Part shown: piece after piece, positions 22,191 through 31,423 of the stretch
Layout: every line of letters begins with the position of its first letter
Position numbering within the stretch: the stretch's first letter is position 1
Source: Promethearchaeota archaeon
GTDB taxonomy: Archaea; Asgardarchaeota; Lokiarchaeia; Sigyniarchaeales; SOKP01
Direction: 5' to 3'
Length of the DNA stretch: 64,000 nucleotides
NCBI GenBank assembly: GCA_019057795.1
Contig: JAHLWS010000070.1
Location: 64,001-128,000 of the forward strand
Notes under the pieces: model-generated
The model's database searches: none
What the model was told of the DNA's origin: nothing
Seen by the model: the letters and a program-made list of their open reading frames with translations, nothing else
Program-made: the position numbers and the translations under genes

Positions 22191-22442
22191 TTAATTAGAA
22201 ATATCTTGTTCTAAAATATCTTTATCTGGTAGGTTTTCTAGATCAAATTGAGCTTCACAATTGGGGCATCGGTCTTTCTTTTTGCTATATTTTAAGATAA
22301 GATAAATGAAAATCCCAAACCCGCAAGTTAGAAGAACCATAAAGGCTAATACCTCGTGGTAAATGTGGTCAAAATTCTTTCTTCTTAGTACGATTTTCTG
22401 TTCACATGTAGGACAATAAACAATTTTTTTCCCCGTAATAAT
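22191..22442 (-). CDS. LITAF-like zinc-ribbon membrane protein (about 83 aa, ATT start)
   Basis: IITGKKIVYCPTC...VLAFMVLLTCGFGIFIYLIL...DRCPNC...; no ATG/GTG/TTG between the upstream in-frame stop (22461-22463) and the first CxxC. Confidence 0.7.
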   Translation of the reverse strand: MITGKKIVYCPTCEQKIVLRRKNFDHIYHEVLAFMVLLTCGFGIFIYLILKYSKKKDRCPNCEAQFDLENLPDKDILEQDISN

Positions 22443-22692
22443 CGACCGCTTTTTGTTATTTTATATAATTAGATAGGTAAATCGTTAATTTAATTATTTT
22501 GTAGTGCAATCGGAAAATTCAAAATTAAAGCTAAAAAGCTATTTATTCTTCATTTTTCCACTTTATTAATTTATATTGAAATAAAAAAAAAATTGTAATA
22601 AACATAGGCTAAATATTATTAATGTTGAATTTTATATGTTTAATAATATTTTTCAAATTAATAATTAAAACGAATTAGATAAGGTTTTAACA

Positions 22693-23688
22693 ATGCCAAT
22701 ATGTTATCACTGTGGAGTTGAAGTCCCTGAAACATTCAAATGTACTAAATGTGGTCAAAATTATTGTTCTTTACATAAAAATCCTATTGATCACGAATGT
22801 AATATTGTAATCGAAAGTCAAAATTTACAACATTATCAACAATCACCTCCTACTTATGTTGAAAGCGCTCAAATTCCATTTTCTCAACAAGAAGATGCGT
22901 ATCAGCAACAATTAACCCCCAGCGAAGTGCGTGGAACGACAGATGGGTCTTATACGTGGTATCGACAAGAAAAATCAGTCCCCGAAAACGCTTTTGACCC
23001 CGATTCAGGAATTAAATTCAAAGGAATATTGTGGGCTCATAAATCAGAATTAATTCATTTTATAATTGGTTCTGCTCTAATTTTCATCATAGGTTTAATT
23101 AATTTTTACGATCCACAGTTATTCACTTTGGGTTATGGCTGGGCTATGTTTATGCTAGCGGGTTTTTATATGACTGCGTTTCTTTTTCACGAATTTGGGC
23201 ACCGTCAAGTTGCCGTGCATTTTGGTCTACAAACAAAATTCAGACTCCTTACTTTCGGAATGGTATTAACTGTTTTTGGTCTAATTTCTGGGTTAATGGG
23301 ATTGTTAACTAATTCACTAGCTTTTCCTTCATTGGCATTGCCTGGAGCCGTTGTTGTTTTAGGGTTAGAAAAAATAGATCGAAAGACAGGTTTATGCAAG
23401 GCTGCTGGCCCGTTGGTTAATCTTGTGTATGGGTCAATTTTATTAATTGTGTCTTTACTAATTCCAAAAACCTTGTATCCATTAAATTATTTTTTTGGAC
23501 TTGCTGCTTACCTGAATTACATGTTAGGGGCATTTAATATGATCCCAGTAGGGATTCTAGATGGTCAAAATATTTGGAAATGGAAAAAGAAAGTTTATTT
23601 AGGCTTAATGGGTTCACTGGGAGTATTGTTAGTTATAACAATTATTATTATTTATACGCCGTTAGGAGCGGCCATCTATTTTTCCTAA
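22693..23688 (+). CDS. AN1 zinc finger + site-2 (M50) intramembrane metalloprotease
   Basis: CYHC..FKCTKC.QNYCSLH...HEC; HEFGH, AAGP, FNMIPVGILDG. Confidence 0.88.
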   Translation: MPICYHCGVEVPETFKCTKCGQNYCSLHKNPIDHECNIVIESQNLQHYQQSPPTYVESAQIPFSQQEDAYQQQLTPSEVRGTTDGSYTWYRQEKSVPENAFDPDSGIKFKGILWAHKSELIHFIIGSALIFIIGLINFYDPQLFTLGYGWAMFMLAGFYMTAFLFHEFGHRQVAVHFGLQTKFRLLTFGMVLTVFGLISGLMGLLTNSLAFPSLALPGAVVVLGLEKIDRKTGLCKAAGPLVNLVYGSILLIVSLLIPKTLYPLNYFFGLAAYLNYMLGAFNMIPVGILDGQNIWKWKKKVYLGLMGSLGVLLVITIIIIYTPLGAAIYFS

Positions 23689-23793
23689 TATTTAACGTTT
23701 ATTACAGTTTCAAGAGTAAAATTTTAAAAAAAATTATGAATGATAAAAGTCTTAAAATATTTATAAGTTAAAATTAAAAATTAAAGTCTTAAA

Positions 23794-24684
23794 ATGACAT
23801 TTTGCGAACATTGTGGTGAACCGATTAATTATTTACCTTTTAAATGTAAATATTGTGAAGGAGTTTATTGTAAAAAACACAGACTACCAGAGAATCATCA
23901 ATGTACTTTTGAAATAAAACATGGGCCTATTATCCCTTTAAATTTGAGAGAAGACCCTTCAAAAAGGGTTAATTCGCACGGAACTTCAACAGAATTTAAG
24001 AAATATATAAAAAGACAAGAAAAACAAAAGGAAAGAACAATAAGACAGTATAAAAGTTATGATATAAAAAAAACAAAAACTAGCAGTATAACATACTTAA
24101 TTATCGCGATTTTTATCATGTCCATAGCTGCTATGGTATACCCTTTATATTTGACCTTGAGTAGTTATAGCTTTTTCGAATTTTTTTTTTGGACATTTTT
24201 TACATCTCTTTTTGTTAGTTATACTTCTGATTTTTTTGGATTGTTTTTTCTAGCTATCTTAATACTATTTTTTTATATGATAATTAAAAATATAGAACGC
24301 GTATTTGGAACTAAATTTTTATTGCAATTGTATTTTATTTGCGCTATTTTTACGGGATTAGTTTACATTTTATTAATGCTCCTGTTACAATTGATTTATG
24401 GAAGTGGAGTTATTGTTCCATACGGTTTAGCCTCAGGAGCTCTATTAGGAGTCATATGTTTCATGATTTTTATGAACTGGAACCGAGAAATGACATTTTT
24501 AATATTCTTCCTTCCAATAAGAATGAAGGGACGAACTATAATAATTTTCTTAGTTTTATTAAAAGTTGTTCCAGGTCTATTATTTGCAATGGTTAATCCA
24601 TTTTATTTACTTGTTTATCTTCCTGATTTAGGAGGAATATTAGCGTCATACTTTGTTTACTACTTTAAATTTAAGTATCGATAA
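23794..24684 (+). CDS. AN1 zinc finger + rhomboid-like membrane protein (probable pseudoprotease)
   Basis: CEHC..LPFKCKYC...YCKKHRLPENHQC; IERVFG; GLASGA; PDLGG where active rhomboids have AHLGG. Confidence 0.8.
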   Translation: MTFCEHCGEPINYLPFKCKYCEGVYCKKHRLPENHQCTFEIKHGPIIPLNLREDPSKRVNSHGTSTEFKKYIKRQEKQKERTIRQYKSYDIKKTKTSSITYLIIAIFIMSIAAMVYPLYLTLSSYSFFEFFFWTFFTSLFVSYTSDFFGLFFLAILILFFYMIIKNIERVFGTKFLLQLYFICAIFTGLVYILLMLLLQLIYGSGVIVPYGLASGALLGVICFMIFMNWNREMTFLIFFLPIRMKGRTIIIFLVLLKVVPGLLFAMVNPFYLLVYLPDLGGILASYFVYYFKFKYR

Positions 24685-24700
24685 GAATAAAAGATTTAAA

Positions 24701-25357
24701 ATGCCAGAAGAAGGATTGTCAAAAATAATAGAATTAAACGAGGATTTAATCGAAAACAACGAGCGGTTAGCAGCCAAAAATAAAAAAGCTTTTAGTAAGT
24801 ATAATATTCGCTCGTTTGATATTGTTGGAGCTATAGGAGCTGGAAAAACTGCCCTTTTAGAATCTATATCAAAGAAGATTTCTAAAGAAAAAAGGGTTAT
24901 GGTAATAAATGGAGATGTAGCTACAAGAATTGACGCTGATCGCATAGAGAAACACGGTGTAAAAACCATACAAATTAATACAGGTCGAGAATGCGCTTTA
25001 AATTCTTATCATATCTCTCAAGTAATAAAAAATCACGATTTAAGCAATTACGACGTCGTTTTTATAGAAAACGTGGGAAATCTTATTTGTCCCTCAGATT
25101 TTATCTTAGGAACCGATAAGCGTATTGTAGTAGTTTCCATCACCGAAGGTCCATGGGTAATTCGGAAGCACCCCTTATTGTTTAAATTATCAGATATTGC
25201 GGTTATTAATAAGATTGATTTAATTGATGTGATTGATGTAAGTGTTGAAGATATGATCAAGGATGCCAAAGAAATAAATCCAAACATCAAAATAATTACA
25301 ACAAGTGCAATTACAGGAGAAAACATTCCCAACCTAATTCAAACCTTAGAAATATAG
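24701..25357 (+). CDS. hypB: hydrogenase nickel-incorporation GTPase HypB
   Basis: GAIGAGKT, GDV, INTGRECAL, ENVGNLICP, NKIDL; ATG at 24701 preferred. Confidence 0.88.
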   Translation: MPEEGLSKIIELNEDLIENNERLAAKNKKAFSKYNIRSFDIVGAIGAGKTALLESISKKISKEKRVMVINGDVATRIDADRIEKHGVKTIQINTGRECALNSYHISQVIKNHDLSNYDVVFIENVGNLICPSDFILGTDKRIVVVSITEGPWVIRKHPLLFKLSDIAVINKIDLIDVIDVSVEDMIKDAKEINPNIKIITTSAITGENIPNLIQTLEI

Positions 25358-25412
25358 GAGTTTAATATTTGTTTTGTACTTGTTAAATACAATGGAGGAG
25401 TATAAAACATTC

Positions 25413-25627
25413 TAAAAAAGAAAGGAAAATATGTGATACTTTTATAAAAAGCATCATTTTATGGTACTGCGTCTGCTTCCCCAGGCATCTTTTCTCACTT
25501 TGTTTGTTATGTGAATTGTTTTTAACTAATTCTTTTTTTAAATTTGAAACCGAAATGAAATGTTTATCCTAAGTTCTTTTAAAACAATTTATTAATTGAT
25601 AAAATTTATTTAAACCCCTAAAAAAAG
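25413..25627. repeat. direct repeat copy 1 (about 215 bp) carrying micro-ORF MPGEADAVP
   Basis: aligns with 25786-26001 at an offset of about 373 nt. Confidence 0.9.
25459..25488 (-). CDS. 9-aa micropeptide MPGEADAVP (putative)
   Basis: GTGAG-N5-ATG, TAA, then hairpin and T-tract; conserved in the second copy. Confidence 0.5.
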   Translation of the reverse strand: MPGEADAVP

Positions 25628-25785
25628 AGAGAGAACTTTTATTATTTAAAGTTAATATTAAAGAAAATTTTTTTTGATGTAATTTTATGCTAAATCGGAG
25701 GGGAGAATTGGGTTGATAAGCAGGTCTCGAAAATCCTTAACCGAGGGAAATTCCCCATATTTGTTTGTTATGAGTTTATTTATTA

Positions 25786-26001
25786 TAAAAAAGAAAGGAA
25801 AATATGTGATGTTCTTATAATAAACATCTATTTATGGTGTTGCACCTTCTTCCCCAGGCATTTTTTCTCACTTTATTTGTTATGTGAATTGTATTTAACT
25901 AATTTTTTTTTTAAATTTGAAGCCAAAATGGATGATTTGTGTTTAATTTTTTCAAGCTTATTTATTAAATTGAAAAAATTTATTTAAACTCCTAAAAAAA
26001 G
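25786..26001. repeat. direct repeat copy 2 carrying micro-ORF MPGEEGATP
   Basis: aligns with 25413-25627. Confidence 0.9.
25832..25861 (-). CDS. 9-aa micropeptide MPGEEGATP (putative)
   Basis: same layout as copy 1. Confidence 0.5.
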   Translation of the reverse strand: MPGEEGATP

Positions 26002-26182
26002 TAAAAAGTGATTAGCATAAGATAAACAACTTAGGCTTTTGGGGATTTATAAATATAATTTTTTATCAATGTAGGTCAAAACAATTCTAAATACTTTTCA
26101 TCGTCAAGTTTGGTGCTAAATGCTCCAGTGAAAAATGAAAGAAACTATAAGAAGTATTCTTCGATGAATATACAATGAAGTA

Positions 26183-27400
26183 TCATATTAAATCTGAGGG
26201 TAAAATTGGATTAACAAGAAGATATCGAAAATCTTTAACTGAAGGAGGCTCTCCGTACTTATGTTTTATGAGATTGCTTCCAAGGTGATATATAAAAGCG
26301 TTTTTTGAATAAACTGGGTTAGAGATTCTTTTAAGTTGATTTTTTATGTTCTCTTTACTAAAAATTTCAAAATTTGTTCCATATCGCATTAATTCCTCGT
26401 CGTTATATTTATCAATAAGCGCATGATATGCAAAATTATACCAAAAAAGCGTTATTTTCCCTTTTACTTTGTTTTGTGTCATCATTATTTCAAGAGAAAC
26501 TTCGTTTGATGAATCTGGACATAATTCTCGTAAACCAATTTCTACTGCTTCCCGATTTGAAAAGAGCACTTTTACTGCTAAATCTGCGATCCCTTCTGAG
26601 AGAATTAATTTAGGGCTATGTAGCAGTAGTATTGAGTGTTCAAATTGATTTAACTCGCGGTAAAACCTCTATTCTTTGACAATAAATTCTGTATGATGGC
26701 CAGGGTATCCCTCGTGAGTGGCAGCAGCCAGAAGTCCGGTCCAATACATGTTATAATTCGGATTAACTTCTATTCGGGAGCAAAGATTACCCAAGTACCA
26801 ATTGTAATAAGCCCATTTTACTTCATCGTTATTTTTGACTAATTCTAAAACAATTCGTTCTTTTTGAGGTAAGAAGTTGACAAATAACTCTTTAGTTCGC
26901 TCTCTCGTGATGTTGAGAGCTTTTTTAAATAATTCAAATACCTTACCCTCAGGAACAGTTCGTTGTATTCTTAAATCGTTTATTCGTTTTTCTAAACTTC
27001 CAAGACCACCATACGCTGCGTTAAACTCTTCTTTTAAGTTATCCAATTCGGATTCATTAGCTGGCTGTAAGGCCACATCATATAACCTTAAAAATTGTTC
27101 CTTAAAAGGTAATTTGACTCCGTTTAATATCTCGATCGAAGTCCTCATCGCTGTTAACATTTTTTCTAAGTATCGCTCGCGTTTTTTATCGTAACCTTGT
27201 TTAAATAAATTTTTTTGTAAAGCTTTACAATCGGTTAACAGTTTGCTTGGTGATGTTATAGCCTCATTGTCGACGATTTTCCGTAATTTTTTAGGACCAA
27301 TATAAAAATCGACATATCCCTTATTGTGTTTGTCTATGTGAAGTACTAAACGCAGAAATTTTCTTCCAAACACAGATAATTTCATAATAAAACCCAACAA
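26183..27400 (-). pseudogene. DUF885-like zinc metallopeptidase split by one in-frame TAG (26669-26671)
   Basis: HEGYPGHH in the 5' ORF; frame continues *RFYRELNQFEHSILLLHSPKLILSEGIA into the 128-aa ORF. Confidence 0.75.
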
Positions 27401-27737
27401 TTTTGTCTTTGTAACTGTAAACTAAGTATTTTACTTACTAATAAATATTTAAGTTTTTAAATAAATCTCTTATCTGCTTACTTTTTTGAATTTCTCTTGA
27501 TTAGCTTTCAAAGTTAATTAGGATTTTCTCCAAGACCTAATTGCGAAACATCTATTTTATTATTAATCCTATAGGTTGATTTTTCAAGCGCAATAACAAG
27601 GGAAAACATTCCAAAATTAGTAGAAATATTGTTCTCCAATTAATTAAAGTAAAGTTGAAATGTAATATTTGAATTAAAAATAAAAGGAAATGACAATAAT
27701 ATTAATAATAATAAAAATTTATTGAAGGTGTTGATAT

Positions 27738-28157
27738 ATCAGTCTAAGACAATACAATACGGAATTAGGCTTGCTCATAGATAAGATTGTTAAAGTATAT
27801 CTAGAAAAAGACAAATTCTTTGTTGGCCAATTAAAGGGCGTTTCAGAAGATTCGAATTTGATTTTAAATAACGTGAAAAATGAAAAAGGTAAGGCATTCC
27901 CAAAACTAATGATTAGGAGTTCGTACTATCATTTTGTAACAGTTGAGGAAGAACCGTTTCCTATGCAAGCTTTGGCAGATAGAATTGCTACAATTTTTTC
28001 AAAAGGACATGTGAACTATATTGAAGATCAAAATATTATATCCATTTTGAATGGGAAAATTATAGTAGATGAGAACGGAGTGAGAGGAACTGGTCCTTCT
28101 GCTGATCGCGTAAAGAAGATATACGATCAATTTAATATCGATTTAGAAAAGGACTAA
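27738..28157 (+). CDS. Sm-like protein with C-terminal domain (SmAP3 type)
   Basis: Sm fold (VKVYL..FVGQLKGV...NLILNNV) plus C-domain VDENGVRGTGPSADRVKKIY; frame extends 11 codons upstream of TTG 27771 to ATC after GAAGGTG. Confidence 0.85.
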   Translation: MSLRQYNTELGLLIDKIVKVYLEKDKFFVGQLKGVSEDSNLILNNVKNEKGKAFPKLMIRSSYYHFVTVEEEPFPMQALADRIATIFSKGHVNYIEDQNIISILNGKIIVDENGVRGTGPSADRVKKIYDQFNIDLEKD

Positions 28158-28184
28158 TTAATATCCTTATTTTTTTAAATTTTT

Positions 28185-28706
28185 TTAAGTAGATTCTTTT
28201 CCTTTAAACGCGTTTAATAAGTTTTTTAAATTTATATCTTGAATTATGTTTTTCAGTATTGCTTTTCCTAATGGGGTAATTTTTATTATATCTAGATCTT
28301 CAATTTTTCTTAAATAATCATTTTCAATAAGGAATTCAACATTAGCAGCCCAGACTTCTTTGAAAATTTCTTTTAGATCGCTAATTTTTATGTTTTCGTC
28401 TACTTCCTTGCTAAGGGCAAGTATCAAAGCCAAAGTACCGTATTGAGAAGGTGTAATGCTGTCATCTTTACCCTCAGAGGTTAAAACATAGAACCTTTGA
28501 TCTAAAAAATTAGATTTTATGAATTCAAAACCAATTTTCTTTAAATTTAAATAAACTGTGCTTATGATTTGTTCAAAATCGAAATTTTTACTTAAATTCC
28601 GGAGATCCTCTTCTCTAATCATTTTTTGAGGGCTTGTTAAAATAATTTTAGTAATATTTTTTACCGCTTCTTCAAAGTTTGTAATTTCCATATTTTTTCT
28701 TATCAA
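28185..28706 (-). CDS. tandem winged-helix KITE-like protein (MAGE/NSE3/NSE1/ScpB-like)
   Basis: FEQIISTVYLNLKKIGFEF...FYVLTS, GTLALILAL, FLIENDYL...ITPLGKAIL patterns. Confidence 0.6.
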   Translation of the reverse strand: MIRKNMEITNFEEAVKNITKIILTSPQKMIREEDLRNLSKNFDFEQIISTVYLNLKKIGFEFIKSNFLDQRFYVLTSEGKDDSITPSQYGTLALILALSKEVDENIKISDLKEIFKEVWAANVEFLIENDYLRKIEDLDIIKITPLGKAILKNIIQDINLKNLLNAFKGKEST

Positions 28707-30352
28707 CTCTCTTCAACTTTTAAAACTTTTAAATTCTCAATTTCTTTTTTTAATTCTAAATTTGACATAAGAAAGATTAGTTTAAAATTAGTTAGATTAT
28801 CATTAGTTTCGAATATTGGTAATATTTTTCTAATAGTTCTGTAAATGGAACCACCTTTATTATAGATGTTAGGAATGAATAAATTTGAAAACAAGATATT
28901 TTCAGATTTCAAAAGGATTTTAATAGAGAGGAAAAAAGCAATTATGAAATAAACTTTTTCGGGAGTTGTTAATCCTTCAAAGTTGACGTTCTCTTTGTAA
29001 TTTCGTATAAATTTTGTTTGGATAAGAAAAGCCATATTATCGTTGCTAACTACGAGCTGATATATAATTTCTAGATGAATTTCTTTTAAGAAGTTATTCA
29101 AAAAAATTTCAAGATCGTGAATTATAATCTCGAAATTCTTAAAATTTTCAAAGCTTTTAGCAACTTCTTTTTCATTAGTAGAAATATTGATTTTATCACT
29201 ACCAATTTTCAAAATGTTATCAAATTCTCTCAATTTTTCAATTATTAGAGTTAAGTCGCTCAAATTATGAATGTTAAATGTATCTTCTGGAATTGAAATT
29301 TTACCTAACTCCGAGATCGTTTTTCCAATCTCATCTTCAATCTCCACGGATGGTCGTACCGGTTTTAACATTAAGATTCCAGGTTCTTCATCTGGAGCGT
29401 CTATATTGTCTTTTCTTTTCTTTTCGTAATTAGATTTTACTTCCTTTATTCTTTTTTCGTCTTTTTTTATTGTTTCTAAGAGTTCCTCATAATCTTTTTT
29501 ATATATTTCATAATGAGGAGTAAGATTTTCTAGTTTTACTTTAGTTTCATTTGATCTTGATTGAATTTGTTTAATTTCGTATTGAGCTTCTTTCGCTTTT
29601 TTTTGAAGAGCTCGTATCTTTTCGGCATTAGTAAGATTTACATTAATCCCTAATTTCGCAATTAAGTCGTTTTTATATGCATTTAAAGAGCCCTCGATTT
29701 GTCGTGTAATTCTATTAATTTGACTAAAGCATTCTTTTTTAGTTTCGTTTAGATCTCGAATCTGTAGATCATAATTTCTTAATTCTTTTTTTATTTGATC
29801 AACTTGGTTTCTCTGTTGAAAATAATCCTCTTCTAAATAATTCAATTCTTTCCTATTTTTTATTATAGCCTCATTTAATTTTTTAATTAAGTCTATAATT
29901 GATGCTAGATCGCTTGATTTTTTGTAAAGTTTTGATAATTCTAATTCTTCAGATAACTGATTCTTCTTTTGCGTTAAAAAGATATATCTGAAAATTTTCA
30001 ATAATATTTCAATAAGCGAGTTAAAATCAGAAAAAGTTTCTAAATTATATTCCATAATTTTGCTATAGTTAGATAAATAATCTAATATATTTAGAGATTT
30101 ATCTAAGTTAGATAAATGAGTGTTTTGGTTTCGAAAAAGATTAATAAATTTTTTAACAGGGATTAACTCTAAATTGTCAATAATTGCTAAGAAATCTTTA
30201 TTCTTATATAGCTTTAGAGCATCTTTTTTGAATTTACCGACGACTAACGTAAATCTATCTTCTATTAATATTTCTTTCGTTCCAACAGTAAGCTTAAAAT
30301 TATTTAGACTAATAGGTAAATTCACTCCTGATTCTTTTTTAATCAGATTCAA
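28703..30352 (-). CDS. SMC/Rad50-like coiled-coil protein with degenerate ABC head
   Basis: ISLNNFK...FTLVVG(KFKKDA) replaces Walker A; long heptad region; LTTPEK and ILFSN replace LSGGE and Walker B. Confidence 0.65.
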   Translation of the reverse strand: MNLIKKESGVNLPISLNNFKLTVGTKEILIEDRFTLVVGKFKKDALKLYKNKDFLAIIDNLELIPVKKFINLFRNQNTHLSNLDKSLNILDYLSNYSKIMEYNLETFSDFNSLIEILLKIFRYIFLTQKKNQLSEELELSKLYKKSSDLASIIDLIKKLNEAIIKNRKELNYLEEDYFQQRNQVDQIKKELRNYDLQIRDLNETKKECFSQINRITRQIEGSLNAYKNDLIAKLGINVNLTNAEKIRALQKKAKEAQYEIKQIQSRSNETKVKLENLTPHYEIYKKDYEELLETIKKDEKRIKEVKSNYEKKRKDNIDAPDEEPGILMLKPVRPSVEIEDEIGKTISELGKISIPEDTFNIHNLSDLTLIIEKLREFDNILKIGSDKINISTNEKEVAKSFENFKNFEIIIHDLEIFLNNFLKEIHLEIIYQLVVSNDNMAFLIQTKFIRNYKENVNFEGLTTPEKVYFIIAFFLSIKILLKSENILFSNLFIPNIYNKGGSIYRTIRKILPIFETNDNLTNFKLIFLMSNLELKKEIENLKVLKVEES

Positions 30353-31376
30353 AATGATTTTTGAATTTTTTGTATTCTTTTTCTTTTTTTTTCTTTCTTT
30401 CTCTGATTAATTCGATAGGGTCTTTATTATCATCTTTTTGATTTAAATAATTCTCCTTAAAATTTTTATCAAATTGCAATTTAAACTTTTGAATTTTCTC
30501 TGAAACTTCATCTGAAAGTTCTAATTTCTTTTGATTTCCATCTACGATAACATCAGTTAATTTTTCACGTTTTTGTTTTCGTAATCTTCTTTCAAATTCT
30601 TTATTTGAGAATTTCAAATAGTTTTTATAGGTTTCTGTTTGTTCTTCTTGTTTTCTTTTTAATTCTTCGATTTCATATTTTTCTTTTCTTTCATTTACAA
30701 ATTCTTTTCTAGCTAATAATTCTTCTTCCGTCAGTTTACTCTCAGCAGTTTGTAAGAATTCTTCATAAGTTAACTCAGGATTTAAATAAAATTGTTGTTC
30801 AAATTCTTTAATAAAAGAAGAATCTATACTGTCAGGAATTCTACTTAATTCGTCTTCTAATCTTTTATCTATTAAATTACTATGATGTTTTTTTAATTGT
30901 TCGACAGAAGTTAAAAAGAGAGAATTTCGGTTTAGAGCATCTATTAATTCTAACCATTGATTTATCCCAATGGAAGAAATATAAGATGTTTGACTAATAA
31001 TTTTACTAATTTTTCTATTTTCAATTAAATCTAAACCAATAATTTTAGTATTAATTTCATTTAAACTAATTAGTTTTAGATGATCTTTAAAGTCATTTCT
31101 ATATTTATTAAGGAGTTTGTTTTGTAGGTCTAGAAATCTATTTATGTTATTATTTGAGATGTTTTCTAGGTTTTTATAGATATTACTTAGGATTTTTGTT
31201 AATTCATTTAATTGATTAATAAACGATTCATCGTCGAAATATTGGGATATTAATCGTTTTTCTGCTTCTAATTTTTTAGCGATATTAGTTATTTGGTTAA
31301 CTTTTCCTTGAAGATTTTCTATGGGAGATGTAAAATCTCTAATTTTTTCAAGGTTAAATAATTGATTTTCCATCAT
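30339..31376 (-). CDS. charged coiled-coil protein
   Basis: 345 aa, heptad-like, E/K-rich; overlaps next gene. Confidence 0.75.
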   Translation of the reverse strand: MMENQLFNLEKIRDFTSPIENLQGKVNQITNIAKKLEAEKRLISQYFDDESFINQLNELTKILSNIYKNLENISNNNINRFLDLQNKLLNKYRNDFKDHLKLISLNEINTKIIGLDLIENRKISKIISQTSYISSIGINQWLELIDALNRNSLFLTSVEQLKKHHSNLIDKRLEDELSRIPDSIDSSFIKEFEQQFYLNPELTYEEFLQTAESKLTEEELLARKEFVNERKEKYEIEELKRKQEEQTETYKNYLKFSNKEFERRLRKQKREKLTDVIVDGNQKKLELSDEVSEKIQKFKLQFDKNFKENYLNQKDDNKDPIELIRERKKKKEKEYKKFKNHFESD

Positions 31377-31423
31377 TTTTAGCTAAAAATTATATTTCGA
31401 AATTAAAATCTTCTAATACGATA

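Noticed and set aside
25413-26001. CRISPR array or IS ends
   Set aside because: Only two long diverged direct copies; no spacers, terminal inverted repeats or transposase.
26122-26140. ORB-like GCTCCAGTGAAAAATGAAA
   Set aside because: Single imperfect copy, far from cdc6.
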